A stretch of 59,715 nt of DNA, counting the filler, from Sphacelaria rigidula (Eukaryota): NCBI GenBank assembly GCA_964200075.2. It is 9 parts of 9 records of this genome, joined end to end, with 100 filler letters (N's around TTAATTAATTAA, not from the genome) between each part and the next. Parts side by side here need not be neighbours in the genome. Positions count along the whole stretch, not along the records: positions 6,648 to 13,194 come from CAXNAA020019426.1; positions 13,295 to 19,841 come from CAXNAA020019427.1; positions 19,942 to 26,487 come from CAXNAA020019428.1; 6 more parts are not named here. The stretch is one strand, 5' to 3'. The position numbers and the translations under genes are program-made. This document shows positions 12,187-23,975 of the stretch, one piece after another (positions within the stretch are counted from its first letter, which is position 1; every line of letters starts with the position of its first letter). The notes under the pieces are model-generated. The model did not search any database. It had not been told where the DNA came from and worked only from the letters and a program-made list of their open reading frames with translations.

Positions 12187-12910
12187 GCCCTGTGGTAAAA
12201 TGCCGTGACGCTCGTGACGATTTTGGTTGCCCCGCCATCTCGAGGAGACCCCTCTCGTTCCTTCGATGTTTCAAGATCATCATCCACGCGTTCGGCACTC
12301 GCCCCACCATCAGAATTTGGCACACGACCGAAATCCGAGCACGCCCCACCCAAACACGCCCTAAACTGTATGGAAACCCCGATGCCCATCCCAGTTTCTG
12401 GTGGCGGACGCGCAACAGCTTCGCTCTTCTCATCAAGTTTCCTATTCCGATCGTATTCCGTGCTTGAGGCTTTATGTGCCGCGCCTTCACCATCCGCACC
12501 ACCGATTATCCGATCCGGACTCGCAATTTCTTCGCCAGATCCTTTGGACACGGGGCGTGCATTGCGCGAGCTGTTACCGCGGCGTCCGGCTATTCTTTTG
12601 CCCCGGAGGTTTATCGAAAGGGCGTGCACGCGTACTGTGCCGTCGGTGCCGGTAGTCACCAACACAGGATCAGTATCAGAAGCGTCCCCACTGAAACCGA
12701 TAGCGATTGTCGAGCTTTGAGCGGCCGCCGCCGCTGCAGGCGATGCACTGTAGGTGTCGATTGAGGTAGCGGCGGTGACAGGAGTTCCCTCGTCTGCAGA
12801 AACAAAAATCGGCTTGTGTCCACTGTCGTAGCGGATAATTTCCTCGCCAGCGATATCGTGAAGGTGGATTATTCCGTTGGCATGAAGAGAAGCGACGATA
12901 GTGACGTGCC
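12187..12910 (-). CDS. First visible exon of the beta-propeller membrane protein (5' part of gene off contig)
   Basis: cacag|HVTIVASLHANGIIHLHDIAGEEIIRYDSGH...PVLVTTGTDGTVRVHAL...VTSVTAFYHR|gtgagt; open for 724 bp. Confidence 0.8.
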
Positions 12911-13133
12911 CTGTGTGGTGGACGGGAGCAATACGGAGAAGTAGTAAGCAGGGAGAGGTTATTCATAAGGAGTGAGCCTACAGGCAGGCATACGTTGACT
13001 AAGGGCGGGCGTTTTCTGAATCAGCTGAAGTTAATCAACCCGGACGAAGTGACTGATTCGCTAGCACCATTCGGAAGTGGCGTTGTAGATGGTTGGAAGA
13101 TCTTTTGCTCTATCGAAAATGCGTACTGGTACT

Positions 13134-13194
13134 GTGTTGTGTGTGTGTTGTCGTCCCATTTATTCTGGGCACCACTCTACACTTTTCGGTATAT
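13134..13194 (-). mobile_element. SINE 3' end, cut by contig end
   Basis: gtgtgtgttgtcgtcccatttattctgg...tttcggtatat matches the SINE tail. Confidence 0.7.
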
Positions 13195-13294
13195 NNNNNN
13201 NNNNNNNNNNNNNNNNNNNNNNNNNNNNNNNNNNNNNNTTAATTAATTAANNNNNNNNNNNNNNNNNNNNNNNNNNNNNNNNNNNNNNNNNNNN
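13195..13294. other. Artificial contig-joining linker
   Basis: N44-TTAATTAATTAA-N44. Confidence 0.98.
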
Positions 13295-13639
13295 AGAAGT
13301 TGATCGCTGTTCCGATACGTATCCCCGCAACTTTTGCGCCATTCCCCGTGTCTAGGCTTCTTGTACCTGGATTGCAACGCTAAAATAAAGCCTAGGGATT
13401 GATTCGTCACGAGTCGACTCGTCATACTAAAACCCAAGTAATTTCGACACGAATCATTATCTGTCCGACCCCTGTAATCTTTCGTTCAGGGTATGATGGT
13501 AAATACCCTAATTTCAGTCAGGCGACACACCCTACAAAACACAATCTTGAAACACTCGCTGGACGAGCAATATACTCTCCGTATCAACCATTACTGCGGT
13601 TTCGCCGCAACGGCGGGCCCGTTACTGGCGAATGAATCG

Positions 13640-14230
13640 AAGCTCGAGAGGCCTCGTGATGCATTTCCGGTGCACCTTTTCGCTGTTCAACCCTTTTGTG
13701 ACCGGACCTCCAAGAAGACCAATGAGGCTGGTCAGGAATGACATGTCTGGCTTCTGCACGAAACAGTGGCGTGTTGCTGAAAATCCGCTCATGTATCCGC
13801 AGGGTTATGACGAAGACCGAAAGGTTCATCCAATATATTTTCAAGTGCAGGGTGTACATTTGATCTAGCAAGCAGTATGGGTCGCGGTAGAGAGCTTCCG
13901 ACAGGATGCGGCGACCGGCGGGCCGCCTGCCACTGTGGCTTTGGATGATACTTTGGGCCCCATCACCTTGGCACACAGCCCTTTGAAGTCGGGGTGGGCT
14001 CTTCGTTGCATGCGGCGAATTCTCTTCGAGGGGTGTCAGCGTTGCGGCGCGCATGCGTACAACAGTATAGTATAGTACAGTACAGTGTACAGCAGTACGC
14101 CTCCTCGACTGAAGCAGCAGCTGCCGCTGCATACTCCCTTGCATGTTCTTGGCAATTCTCAGCTACCGAGATCAACTGCTTACGTACCGCTTCTTCATCC
14201 CAGTAGGTGGTTGCAACCTTCCAGCTCGTG
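13640..14230 (-). mobile_element. Possible degenerate Penelope-like element (GIY-YIG C-terminus)
   Basis: Minus frames give IKCTPCT*KYIG*TFRS, LRIHE and LIGLLGGPVTKGLN, resembling C..C...YIGET.R, R..EH and P.GLN motifs; many stops and frameshifts. Confidence 0.4.
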
Positions 14231-14343
14231 ATCAGAAACTAGAAAAGAAGAATGGAGAAGAATCATTTAATTCGTACGGATGATTGAATAATGTTTTTCC
14301 TGTCGCACACGTTTGTGTTGGAAATAACTAGGAGGGGACACAG

Positions 14344-14400
14344 CAACAGCTGCTGGAGATGATGAGCCTTCTTCGGAACGCAGAAGCAGCGAAGGAAGAG
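14344..14400 (+). CDS. Exon of a coiled-coil protein
   Basis: cag|QQLLEMMSLLRNAEAAKEE|gtgaga, phase 0; acceptor position is ambiguous by 6 nt. Confidence 0.5.
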
Positions 14401-15292
14401 GTGAGAACCCTGGAGTACGAATGCGCAAATCCTTTTCTCTGACCTCCGTGACTCACTCCCAACACGTGAGCCAGCTGTACTTTCCGGAAGCCTCATTAGT
14501 CGCATGCACAAAGAACCCTTTCCCTCCCCCCCGCCGTGTTTGATCTTGTCCGAAAATAAATGTGGTGTCTGAGCTTGGAACAGTGTCATCGGTCGGCATT
14601 GGCCTCGTTCAACAGCAAAAATATAGATCTCCCGATTCCCCCCCAAAAAATAGTTCATTACTGCGGCACCGGATCTTTTGAGGTCAAGCCATATTTCGTC
14701 TCTTTCTTTTTCATCGTTTATTCCTGTTTTACTTGTGCCGCGTTTGTGAGATTTTTTCTCTGGTTTTATTTTTTGGGGTTTCTGGTTTTGGTTGATTTCC
14801 TCATACCTCATTATAGGTGGCGAGCCTGTGAACGCGGAAGGCGTCTGCTTCAGAGGCCCAGTACGAATGTACCGCGCAGATATCGGAACGGCTTTTAATG
14901 TGAAGGCAACAACAAACACAGTCAAGTAGTGTCTGGAATCGTTTCGATTCCGAAATGCCCCCTCCAGGTCTTATATGAGTCCTTATACATTTTTGTAGTA
15001 GTGTAGCTTCCCACTGAATATTTTGACATTCACCGAGTAGGATATCCACGTGTAGTTGTAAGCACACGACATATGTTCCGGGCAAGAAGAAAAGAGAAGA
15101 GAAAGCACTATGCTTACGCGCATCATAACACTCGCTCTCGATCCCAAACTGGACTGTGTTTCATGTGTCGCAACTGTTTCCGACTCAAATTTTGGGTATC
15201 TCAAAATCTGAAGAAAAAAAACGACTATTTTCCTCCGTCCGCGCTCGTGTATTGTGTATCCCGCCTACGTTTGATCATGACCACCATCACAG

Positions 15293-15349
15293 GTGGAAGA
15301 GAAGCTGGCATCGAAGAACAAAGAAGTGGAAGAGGTGAAGAAGCAAGAG
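15293..15349 (+). CDS. Exon of a coiled-coil protein
   Basis: cacag|VEEKLASKNKEVEEVKKQE|gt, phase 0; an alternative donor after 15334 is possible. Confidence 0.6.
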
Positions 15350-15748
15350 GTTTCTAGACCGTTTGAGGAACCAACGTCCGCGAAGTGGCTGCTCTACGCC
15401 GACGAAGCGCGATGTTTTCGCCCCGTTTTTCTCATGTTTCCCTCCCTTTTCCACTCTTCTCCCTCCTTGTTCTCCTTGTTCCCCCCCCTTCCCCCATTTT
15501 TCTCAGTTTTTGTTCCCCTCTATTTCCCTCGTCTTTCTTGTTTGTTTCTATTTTTCCCGTCAACTCACCTTCGTGTTCGTATGTTCCCGGTTGCCACGGC
15601 TGAATTTGTCGCAGATCAAATGGGGCGCAGGTAATGATACGCGTTCTTTTTCTTTTTCCCGTGTGATCTTTACGAAACCCCTCCCCCACTTTGCCGTCCT
15701 TCCGTGTTAACCCAAAACACTGCTGGCGCATGTTTTTTCTGCTGGCAG

Positions 15749-15853
15749 CTCCGAGCTGGCAAGCCCCGTGCAGCAGCGAATGGCTCGAGATCTCTCGGAC
15801 ATGAGTTGGAAGGAGGAAACGCGGACGCCCGCGTCGCGGCGCTTCAAGAAGAG
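15749..15853 (+). CDS. Exon of a coiled-coil protein
   Basis: ggcag|LRAGKPRAAANGSRSLGHELEGGNADARVAALQEE|gtgatt, 105 bp. Confidence 0.65.
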
Positions 15854-16609
15854 GTGATTGTAACAGTGGAAGCCTCAGTAGTAGTGGTTGTCGTTGTTTC
15901 TCGTATGAGGCCTTTTCTAGGAACGTAGTGTTTCGCTCCTGTTTTGTCTTGGGTACGTGTATCAGGTGACGACGGCTGAATTCGTGGCGGGGTAGTTGAA
16001 GTGCGACGATCAATCAAAATCAATCAGTAGCGCCCGTGGACACAGTCATGGTTAAGAAGAACTTGAACACACGGTACCCCGAAGGGTGGGGTTTAACAAA
16101 TATAGTAACAGTAGTGGTGGGAGTTGTGTGATGAGTTTTCCTATGCTAATCTGGTTCTTTTTGTGTCGCCAATCGGCGAAATCGGCTTCTCGCTCATTTT
16201 TTTTTTTTCTTCAGCTTTCGCAAAATACGTTCTCGGGGGTAATGGTAAGTCAAGTTGCGTAAGGATCCACTAACTTGAGTGAATGTTTTACTTTGCCACT
16301 TGCACCGCTGTATTAGGGTTAGGCGATCTGTTGAGTTGGTGTCATTCACGTTTTTTTGGGAGTGTAAACGCAGATTCAATCTACGAGTATCATCTACCCT
16401 GGCGGTCAGAGGGTTACACACGTCCCAGGGACTCTTTTGTTGTGAATCACGAGTCGTACGGCTAAGGTCGAAGGATGACGGACGACCCAGAGTCGACTCC
16501 CACAACAAAGTTTGAAGAAAAAATGAAGAAGGCGACGAGTCAGCTGTAAAGGTTGCGACGACTGCCTGGTCGACCGTCACGACTAAAATTTTGGAATTGA
16601 GGAAGGGGT

Positions 16610-16945
16610 ACGCGCACCTCTCGGTATTAAAAATGGTTGACAAGAACATGGTCAGATTATTATTTTCTTCTAATGAGCGGCAACCCTGACCCTGACCATC
16701 GCCCCGACCAAGCCATACCAGAATCCTCGGACAAGAGGGTTGCAAGGGTTGGTGTAGGCAAAGTGTGCGTTGAAAAGACCCCAAATCGGCACCTGCGGCG
16801 CCAAGTTGGACAAGAATACGTTATGGGCGAGAGCTTGGAGCACTTGAGACTGCCAACCCCCATCGAAGATCCAAATCTCGATGTTTGGACTAAACCCAAG
16901 TAATGTCGACCATGGGTACATCGTAGCCGAACTGAGGTACACTCT
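16610..16945. mobile_element. Diverged copy of the TTAGGG-bearing MITE module seen in contig 6
   Basis: taggcaaagtg...gaccccaaatcggcacctgcggcgcc shared with 36060-36110; aaccctgaccctgacc takes the place of the telomere-like repeat. Confidence 0.55.
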
Positions 16946-17747
16946 ACTGCCTAGAGAACTATTACTACTACTATTACCACTCTCTCTTTTTCTCGAAGAC
17001 CACGTGTGTGTATGTGTGTGCTTCAGTATATATCCCCCGAGCGTAGATACTACAGAGAGAGCACAAGCACAGCCCCCAGGACAGGTCGCTAGTCTTTTCC
17101 GTAGGAGAACAGAGTTGCTCCTCTGGGTATCACTCGGGGTTGTCGGTCCCTCAAGAGATCCGAATATCGGCGCTCACTCTAGAATCAAGTGAACAACCAT
17201 TCTCACGACTAATGAAAGCGTGAGCTCTACTGAAATGAGGGGCGACTCAGAGTCGCATCGCACCACTTATTTCACGGGGGCAAATCCCCGATCTGCACAA
17301 TGACCAAGCGGTGTAAACTATGGTTCAGCCATATTTACAAAGGGCACATATATGCGGGGCCCGAATTACGGTTTCACATGTATTTTGGGAAGATGCTGCG
17401 CATGAGTAGGTCGGTGTCCGGAGCTGGTGAGGTATCGCTCAGTAGCGCATTAAAAAAAATATGTAGCGAGTAATGATTCAGGTGTAGTACTGTAAAGTGG
17501 CACAGTGTACTACAGTACAAAATGTGTCTTGATATCTTGTCGCTTGTTTACTTCATTGCCTTTGAAAATCCGCCGAAGTTATGTTTTGATCGAATACTAC
17601 AGTACAGTACGGCACGAGGTAGTCGTCATTTTTTTCGATATATATATATATATGTCATGTTTGGGTTTGATTTTGATTGTTCAGTTGGCATATCCCCTTT
17701 TTTTATTAATCTGTTGATCTGTATATTTATTATGTTTTCTCCAACAG

Positions 17748-17957
17748 TTGGAAGACCTGCACGGGATGCTGGATAACATTGCTTCCGAGCGAGATACAGC
17801 ACTCAATGATCTTCGACGAGCCGGTGGAGGCGGGGCCGGAGATGATGAGGATGAAGAGGAAAAGGCTGCGGCTTTGGCTACTGCCAGAGAAGAGGCAACG
17901 ACGGCAAAGGAAGAGGTGGCGAGGCTAGCACAGGAATGCGACGACTTGCGGAAAGAG
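17748..17957 (+). CDS. Exon of a coiled-coil protein
   Basis: ttctccaacag|LEDLHGMLDNIASERDTALNDLRRAGGG...AKEEVARLAQECDDLRKE|gtgggg, 210 bp, heptad pattern. Confidence 0.75.
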
Positions 17958-19841
17958 GTGGGGTTTTGTTCTGTTTCGCTTCCATACATTGGCGATAAAT
18001 GTGCTTGTCTACCGTGCCGAATCTAGTGTATATTGGACAATATTTAGATGTTCGATGCTTGATGCAGTCCACTTTTTTACATTCATGTCTGTGTTTCCAG
18101 GGTGTGTTTGCATCGTCAACTTGCAGATATTCTCGGTGACTTGCCTTTCGCGGGAAAAGGCGTGTTTTGTTTTTTCAAGTATGTCATATTCTTGTTTTTT
18201 TGCAAGGAATGAATGTTTGGCTGGCGGAACAAATGATCAATGACCTATGCTGGGAGTTTTGTTCGTTTCTGAAAACCAAGAGTGCTAGCAAGAGTTCTTT
18301 TGGAAGGCTATTGTCGCGGATGTTGTATTCAAATATAGTATATGCCGGGGGGGGGGATGAATTTGTGTGAACTTATTTTCTGAGCGATGTACGGGGGATG
18401 TAGTATTAGTAATAATTTTTTCGAAGAAAACTCGTTTCATCAGAGATGACGCTGGTTAGGCACGTATGGCGGGGTTTGGGACAGGTTAGTTGACTCATGG
18501 TACGCTACATGAAAAGCATATGCTTCTTTTTTTTCCCTCCCACGCACCTCTTGTAACAAGCCTGGTCTGGCGGAAACTCGGCGTGCTCCGTCCCGGCTGC
18601 GTCGGGGTGCGCGAGGTCAAAGGTCCATGACTACGCCATGCAAGATCGCCAGCACACACACGTACCCTGCACGGTACCTTACTGTAACGGCTCATTACGT
18701 TCCTCACGTTCATGCTGCATTTGTTATCTTTGATCCATTTTCTCCCGTCTATCTCGCGTCCTTTTTGTTGTTGGCGGCTTGAAGGTGACTGAGTTGCAGG
18801 ATGAGCAAGCGGAAGGGATCGATCCCAACGACAAGAGAGTGCGGGTTTTGGAGGAGCAGGTGGAGAGGCTTTCTCAGGAGCACACGAGGCAAAGCGAGAC
18901 CTGGCGAGGATTATCTTCTCAGGCACGTCCATTCCAAGGGTTGAACGGATAATGACTCGTCTGAGGATAACTTGCCTTTAGTGTCATTGATTCGTAAGAA
19001 GAATCATTGCTTGGGCTTTGTTTTTAGCGCTGCCCTGCACCCCAGGTACGTGGAATAGCGCAAAAATTGGGCGTAACGGCTTCTTATTTTTTGGCAACCA
19101 ACCACGGTCAACTTCTCTCTTTTTTTTCGAGCAATCGGGTCTTGGAAATGGTGGATTCCAGCGATGATTCCGTTCGATCTTGAGCCATTTAACTCGTCCC
19201 CGTGGTATCTTGGGAAATGGTCAATTTTTACAGTCCGTTACGTGGTCGTGAGACCTTTTTGGATGCGGAGTGAAAAGAGACACCTCGTGCAGGTGACCTA
19301 AATCTTGCTGGCGTAACCGAAATATGGGCTGGCATCCTGCAATTGAGCTTCTCTGCTGCACAACCGGTCACATGGTGTGATTGAGCTTCTTCGATGATAT
19401 CGTCATCGACACGCGTGCTCACCGCATTCATTTGATGTACCTAACCACATCGGCGTAATTGCAACACAAACTCTGGTTACCAAAATGCTCTCCCGTGGTG
19501 ATCGTGTTCGGCATAAATTCTCGATTTATCGAAGGCGAGTTGGACCCCATTTTTGAGGATCGGCTGTTCCATCTTGAAGGCGTGACAGCCTTAACCCTAA
19601 TCCTCGTCCTAGTTCTTTTATTCGCCTACAAAGGTGGACCGTAAACCATCGGGCGACGGAGGTTGTCCACCTTACGTGTGCTGCTAGAGCGCAGGGGGGT
19701 AGTGTGTGTGTGGGTGTGTGTGTATGTTGGCACATGAGCAAGGCGGGTGCTCAACGAGAGCAGCACTCAGTGGTGCGCTGTCAAGATCCGGATCTTGAAA
19801 ATACGCCCCTCCCCCCCCCCCCGCCCCCCCCCCGGCACCAC

Positions 19842-19941
19842 NNNNNNNNNNNNNNNNNNNNNNNNNNNNNNNNNNNNNNNNNNNNTTAATTAATTAANNN
19901 NNNNNNNNNNNNNNNNNNNNNNNNNNNNNNNNNNNNNNNNN
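19842..19941. other. Artificial contig-joining linker
   Basis: N44-TTAATTAATTAA-N44. Confidence 0.98.
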
Positions 19942-20022
19942 CCGTTCCTACTCCTAATAGAGACACCTCCAACATTCTGGCGCTCATTACGTTTCTTCCG
20001 TAGCTCATTACGTTAGAGCCTA

Positions 20023-20633
20023 CGAGCTGGGCCAGCTGACCGTGATTGTTGGATTTATTTGCGTCCGGCAGTGCGAAATTTGAGGAATTGGGGGCTGAAA
20101 TGTGACGCGACATTTCTATCATCGACACGCGCAACATTTCTCGAGATGACAAGGAAAAAAAAGATGAAGAAAATTAGAGCGATTTGAAATTTCAGCAAAC
20201 ACTGGAAAAATGTCATAACTCCGTGAAAAAAGCGGAAAAAACGGTGGCATTTCCAGAAATGTTGTACGTACGTGCTTGCAGGAAATCCTGGTGAAAAGTC
20301 GGCCAAAAACCCTCAAAATTGGGTCCAACCTGGCACTTTTGGTGTGACATCGCTTTTCCCCTCTTATAGAAGTGACACAGGAGACTTTAGTTATAGACGT
20401 CACGAGTTCAAGTCCCGACAGATACTCGCTTTTTTCGTCGTTTTCTTCGTTCCGTCGGTAAGGTTATATATTATGCCGTACATTTTTCATGTATTTTGTT
20501 TTGAGCGGCAGAGCGTGCATGACCAGCTTGGTCTGCCGTTATCACAGCGATATGCTCAAATCGGGCTTATTAGGGAAGCTCAAGAAGTTGTTGTGCGATG
20601 TGCGTTTGTGCGCTTCACAGCTGGCCAAGCTCG
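20023..20633. mobile_element. Tc1/mariner-type MITE, TA TSD
   Basis: TA|cgagctgggccagctg ... cagctggccaagctcg|TA; same TIR as 10391-11598 but a different interior. Confidence 0.8.
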
Positions 20634-21089
20634 TAGAAACAAGCCCTAACCTCCCGAAAGCGAAACTTCACGTAGGTGGTAAACGAAGTACAACACCCTA
20701 CAGCCGCACCCTGGTGGTCTAAATTAAAACGGTACGACAATACAACAGCAGCCTACGGCGGAAGCTTGTGGGTTCGGCTCCCGACGTGAAGGCCAGATAT
20801 TTTTTTGTTTCTAAAATTTGGTTTGCGCCGTTGGAATCGTGAGGGCGTTAGTGGTGTAAATAATATTCGGCGACAGTCACCGTCGTGCGGGTGTGTTGGA
20901 GTGTTGTTCTGCCCCGCGAACCCCAAAATGTCAGGCATGTACAGTACCGGGGGACAGATGACGTTAGTTCGTTTGAGAATGCGGATTCGTCCCGAGGAAG
21001 GTGGGGGGGTCTATGGTGGGGTATGACGAGAAAAGTAAAGACAAAAGCACTTGGCGGTGATACGAAACCCATCTTCATATATATGTATA

Positions 21090-21892
21090 CTTCCTCTGTC
21101 CCATAAGTCTGGTCGGTTATGGGGGGAGCTTCGTTTGGGTGCAGCGGTGTTGACGATGACCTCATAGTTGGGTTCTACAGAAAGATGAAGCGCATACGAA
21201 GCTGATGAAAGGAAATAGAAAAAAACGTCATTTTCAATACTAAAACCAGGTCAGAATATACCCCGTTTTGGCCTCGTTTGGAGAACTCTCGTGAGATTTT
21301 CATCGGGACTTATTTCGAGAATTCGTTTTGAACATCTCACACCTAGCCTACAGACATCACAATACGATGGACTTGCCCCCGAGTACCCCCCCCCTCGCCG
21401 GATAGGTGGCGAGCTACAATGGGGTCGCCGCTATGCGATTGCGATGGAGGTTGCGCTCGCTATTCCACCGGGCAAGGTCGGGGAGCCCAAGGGCTCGCTG
21501 TGGCCAATTTGCGAACGCTACGGTGTTAGTCCCGAGTACCCTACGAAAGCGTGGAAAAAACGCCAAAGCCCGGGTCGACACCACCCAGGAGGTCGACCTA
21601 TCAAACACCACAAGGACTGGACGCCCATCGCTCCTCACGCCAGCAAAGGTTGCGGCGCTGAAGAACGTCAACAAGCAGAATCAGTCATTTACGCTACGGC
21701 AGGTGTCCGACCAGCTGAATGACATCGGGCTGGATTACGGTACGGAGACCGTGCGGCGGTGGTTACAAGAATAAGGGGCGACAAAGATGGCTCGCCGCAT
21801 CAAGCCCTCCCATTCCCCTGGTCAGGAGCTTCGCCGAATCGACTCCATCTGCGGTCAGGTGGACCACACGACCGGGAATTCCCTCGACCAAT
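21090..21892 (+). mobile_element. Truncated Tc1/mariner transposon (plant DD39D/Stowaway-like TIR)
   Basis: TA|cttcctctgtcccataag end (cf. Stowaway CTCCCTCCGTCCC), repeated at 26431, followed by a transposase N-terminus. Confidence 0.7.
21367..21892 (+). pseudogene. Mariner-like transposase, DNA-binding HTH region only
   Basis: RRYAIAMEVAL...ICERYGVS [frameshift] RTGRPSLLTPAKV...FTLRQVSDQL...TETVRRWLQE*GATKMARRIKPSHSPGQELRRIDSICGQVD; 2 frameshifts, 1 stop, ends before the catalytic domain. Confidence 0.7.
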
Positions 21893-22146
21893 CATTGTTT
21901 TTCCCGGCATTTTTTTGCCCCTCAGAAAAGGGCGAAATACGGCCATTCTTGAGCCGACTAATTGTTTTGCGGCCGTTCAGTCGCATTGTTCAACAGCGAG
22001 CTGCGACATATGTTATATATATATGTGTATGCTTTCAAGTAGAAAAACAGTCGAGAATTCGAAAAAAACATCGAAAATCAGATCGGACACGAGTAAGGGC
22101 TCGTACAAACACAACCGACCAGACTTGTGGGGCAGGGGAAGTATAC

Positions 22147-22398
22147 CATACGTCGGACGAGTCACCACTCGTCGAGACGAGTGCATTCGTGGATGTTTTT
22201 CGATAACACAACGAGCAATGACTCGTGTGCTCAAGCCATCACCTTTTTCCACAACGAGCAATGACTCGAGTGCTCGCCCTATTGATTTTTTCCACAACGA
22301 GCAATGACTCGAGTGCTCGCTCTACTAACTTTTACAGCCAACGAGCAGCCCAACGAGTGCGAGTGCCACGAGTCACACTCGTGCTCGTCCGACGTATG
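22147..22398. mobile_element. MITE with 15-bp TIR and internal caacgagcaatgactcg repeats
   Basis: catacgtcggacgag / ctcgtccgacgtatg; three ~42-bp internal units. Confidence 0.7.
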
Positions 22399-22904
22399 AA
22401 AGCATGTACAAATGAATCACGTCATTCATGCTGTACGAATCATAGGAAAATAAATAGCGAGGAGAATCCCTCTACAGTAGGCGCGCAGATGCATGCTGTG
22501 CCATGCGGTACCGTACCGTCTGCGGACTGCAGAGTACACGGCCGGAGTTTGCCCGAAAACTCCTGCGAGCGTGCGAAAACAACTCATGCTGGTGCTGTGC
22601 AACTCGCAAGTGCTCGTGGTTTTGTATACAGTATGTTCACATCAACTGTGCCACAGAATACAACGTGAAGCCACAAAGGTTGTCAATAGAATACTAGCTA
22701 GGGGGGGAAAACTGGCTAGAAAAACCGCCCTGGGCACGCAGACGCCTGTGTTGTACTATGGCTTATGTGTTACGTGTAAGTACGAAATTCGACATCAAGT
22801 TTATTGTGAATTTGGCTCTTGAGGGGTTTGCAACCTGTACGCTCTTATTTGTCCACGTCGCCTGCAAAAGGGCCGCGCCACTGAAGAATCGCACCCCATG
22901 CAAT

Positions 22905-23700
22905 GACAGGTGGGAAACAACATGTATGTTCACATGGTTTATATCAAATGAAGAGAAGGTGGAGAGCATGTACGCATGACTCGCGCTGCAAAATGAAAAG
23001 TACAGCGGCAGGTCGAGTAGAGTATACTCAATACTCAGTATCTTCGAAGAGTCATACTTCTAACACTCAAATTCTGAATAGATTATTTGAGGTCGTACTC
23101 AATCTACTCAAGTTTTCGAGTAGAGTATTTAAGATCATACTCAATCTGCTCAAAATTTGAGTAGAGTATTGAGGTCATACTTGAGTGATACTCTATACTC
23201 AAGTATTACTGAGAGTGCTTAACTCAATATTTGAGTGGAGTATTTGAGGTCGTACTCGATCTACTCAGAATTTGAGTAGAGTATTTGAGGCCGTACTCGA
23301 CCTACTCAGACTTTGAGTTGAGTAAATATTCGAGTATTTTCCTCGAGTACTCAAGAGTACATACTCTACTCGACCTGCCCTTGGGAAAGTGGGAAATATA
23401 CACACTTGATCCATTTTGGATTAATGGAAGATAGGGAACATGTACGTGTGATTCATGCCGCATGAATGGGAATCGGGAAACATGAACGCTTGATTCCTCT
23501 CGTATGAATGGAAGGTGGGGAACATGAATGTATGATTCATGCTGCATGAACGAAAATTGAGAATCACGTACGCTTGGTTCACCTCGTATATGGAGGGTGA
23601 GGAACGTGTGCCCATGATTCATGCCGAATGAACGACGGAAATAGGGAAATATGTACCTATCATCCACGTCATACGAATGGAAGGTAGAAAATGTGTACCT
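22905..23700. repeat. Degenerate ~42-bp tandem repeat array, interrupted by an hAT-like MITE
   Basis: Recurring gaatggaaggtggggaacatg...tgattcatgc units; 14-aa periodicity in ORF 23302-23724. Confidence 0.6.
23003..23383. mobile_element. hAT-like MITE with ~39-bp internal tandem repeats
   Basis: TIR cagcggcaggtcgagtagagta / tactctactcgacctgcccttg; degenerate 8-bp TSD gaaaagta/ggaaagtg; units tttgagtagagtatttgaggtcgtactcgatctactcaga. Confidence 0.75.
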
Positions 23701-23975
23701 TCGACGCTGTACCGCATAAATCATGAACTCAGCATCTGGTTTTGGAACGCATCACGGTAGAAAGAAGGTAGGCAGGGGGCAAAGTAAAGGAACGAAGAGA
23801 CGTGAACAAGCGTGCAGGCTGGAGATTGCACTGAGGCATGATGGAAGTGAAAAAAAGAAAGCTGTCACCGATGAAAGCAAGCGTTGAAGGTGGGAGAGGG
23901 CAGGATGAAAATGGGACTATACATGGTGGAAAGGGGGTTGAACGGGGAAAAACAATGTGTAGTTGTGGTACTTAC

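Noticed and set aside
16120..16200. snoRNA or hammerhead (tgatgag...cgaaa, T-run)
   Set aside because: No convincing stems or D box by eye
22147..23700. CRISPR-like array
   Set aside because: Degenerate tandem units without unique spacers, bounded by TIRs, no cas genes, eukaryotic context
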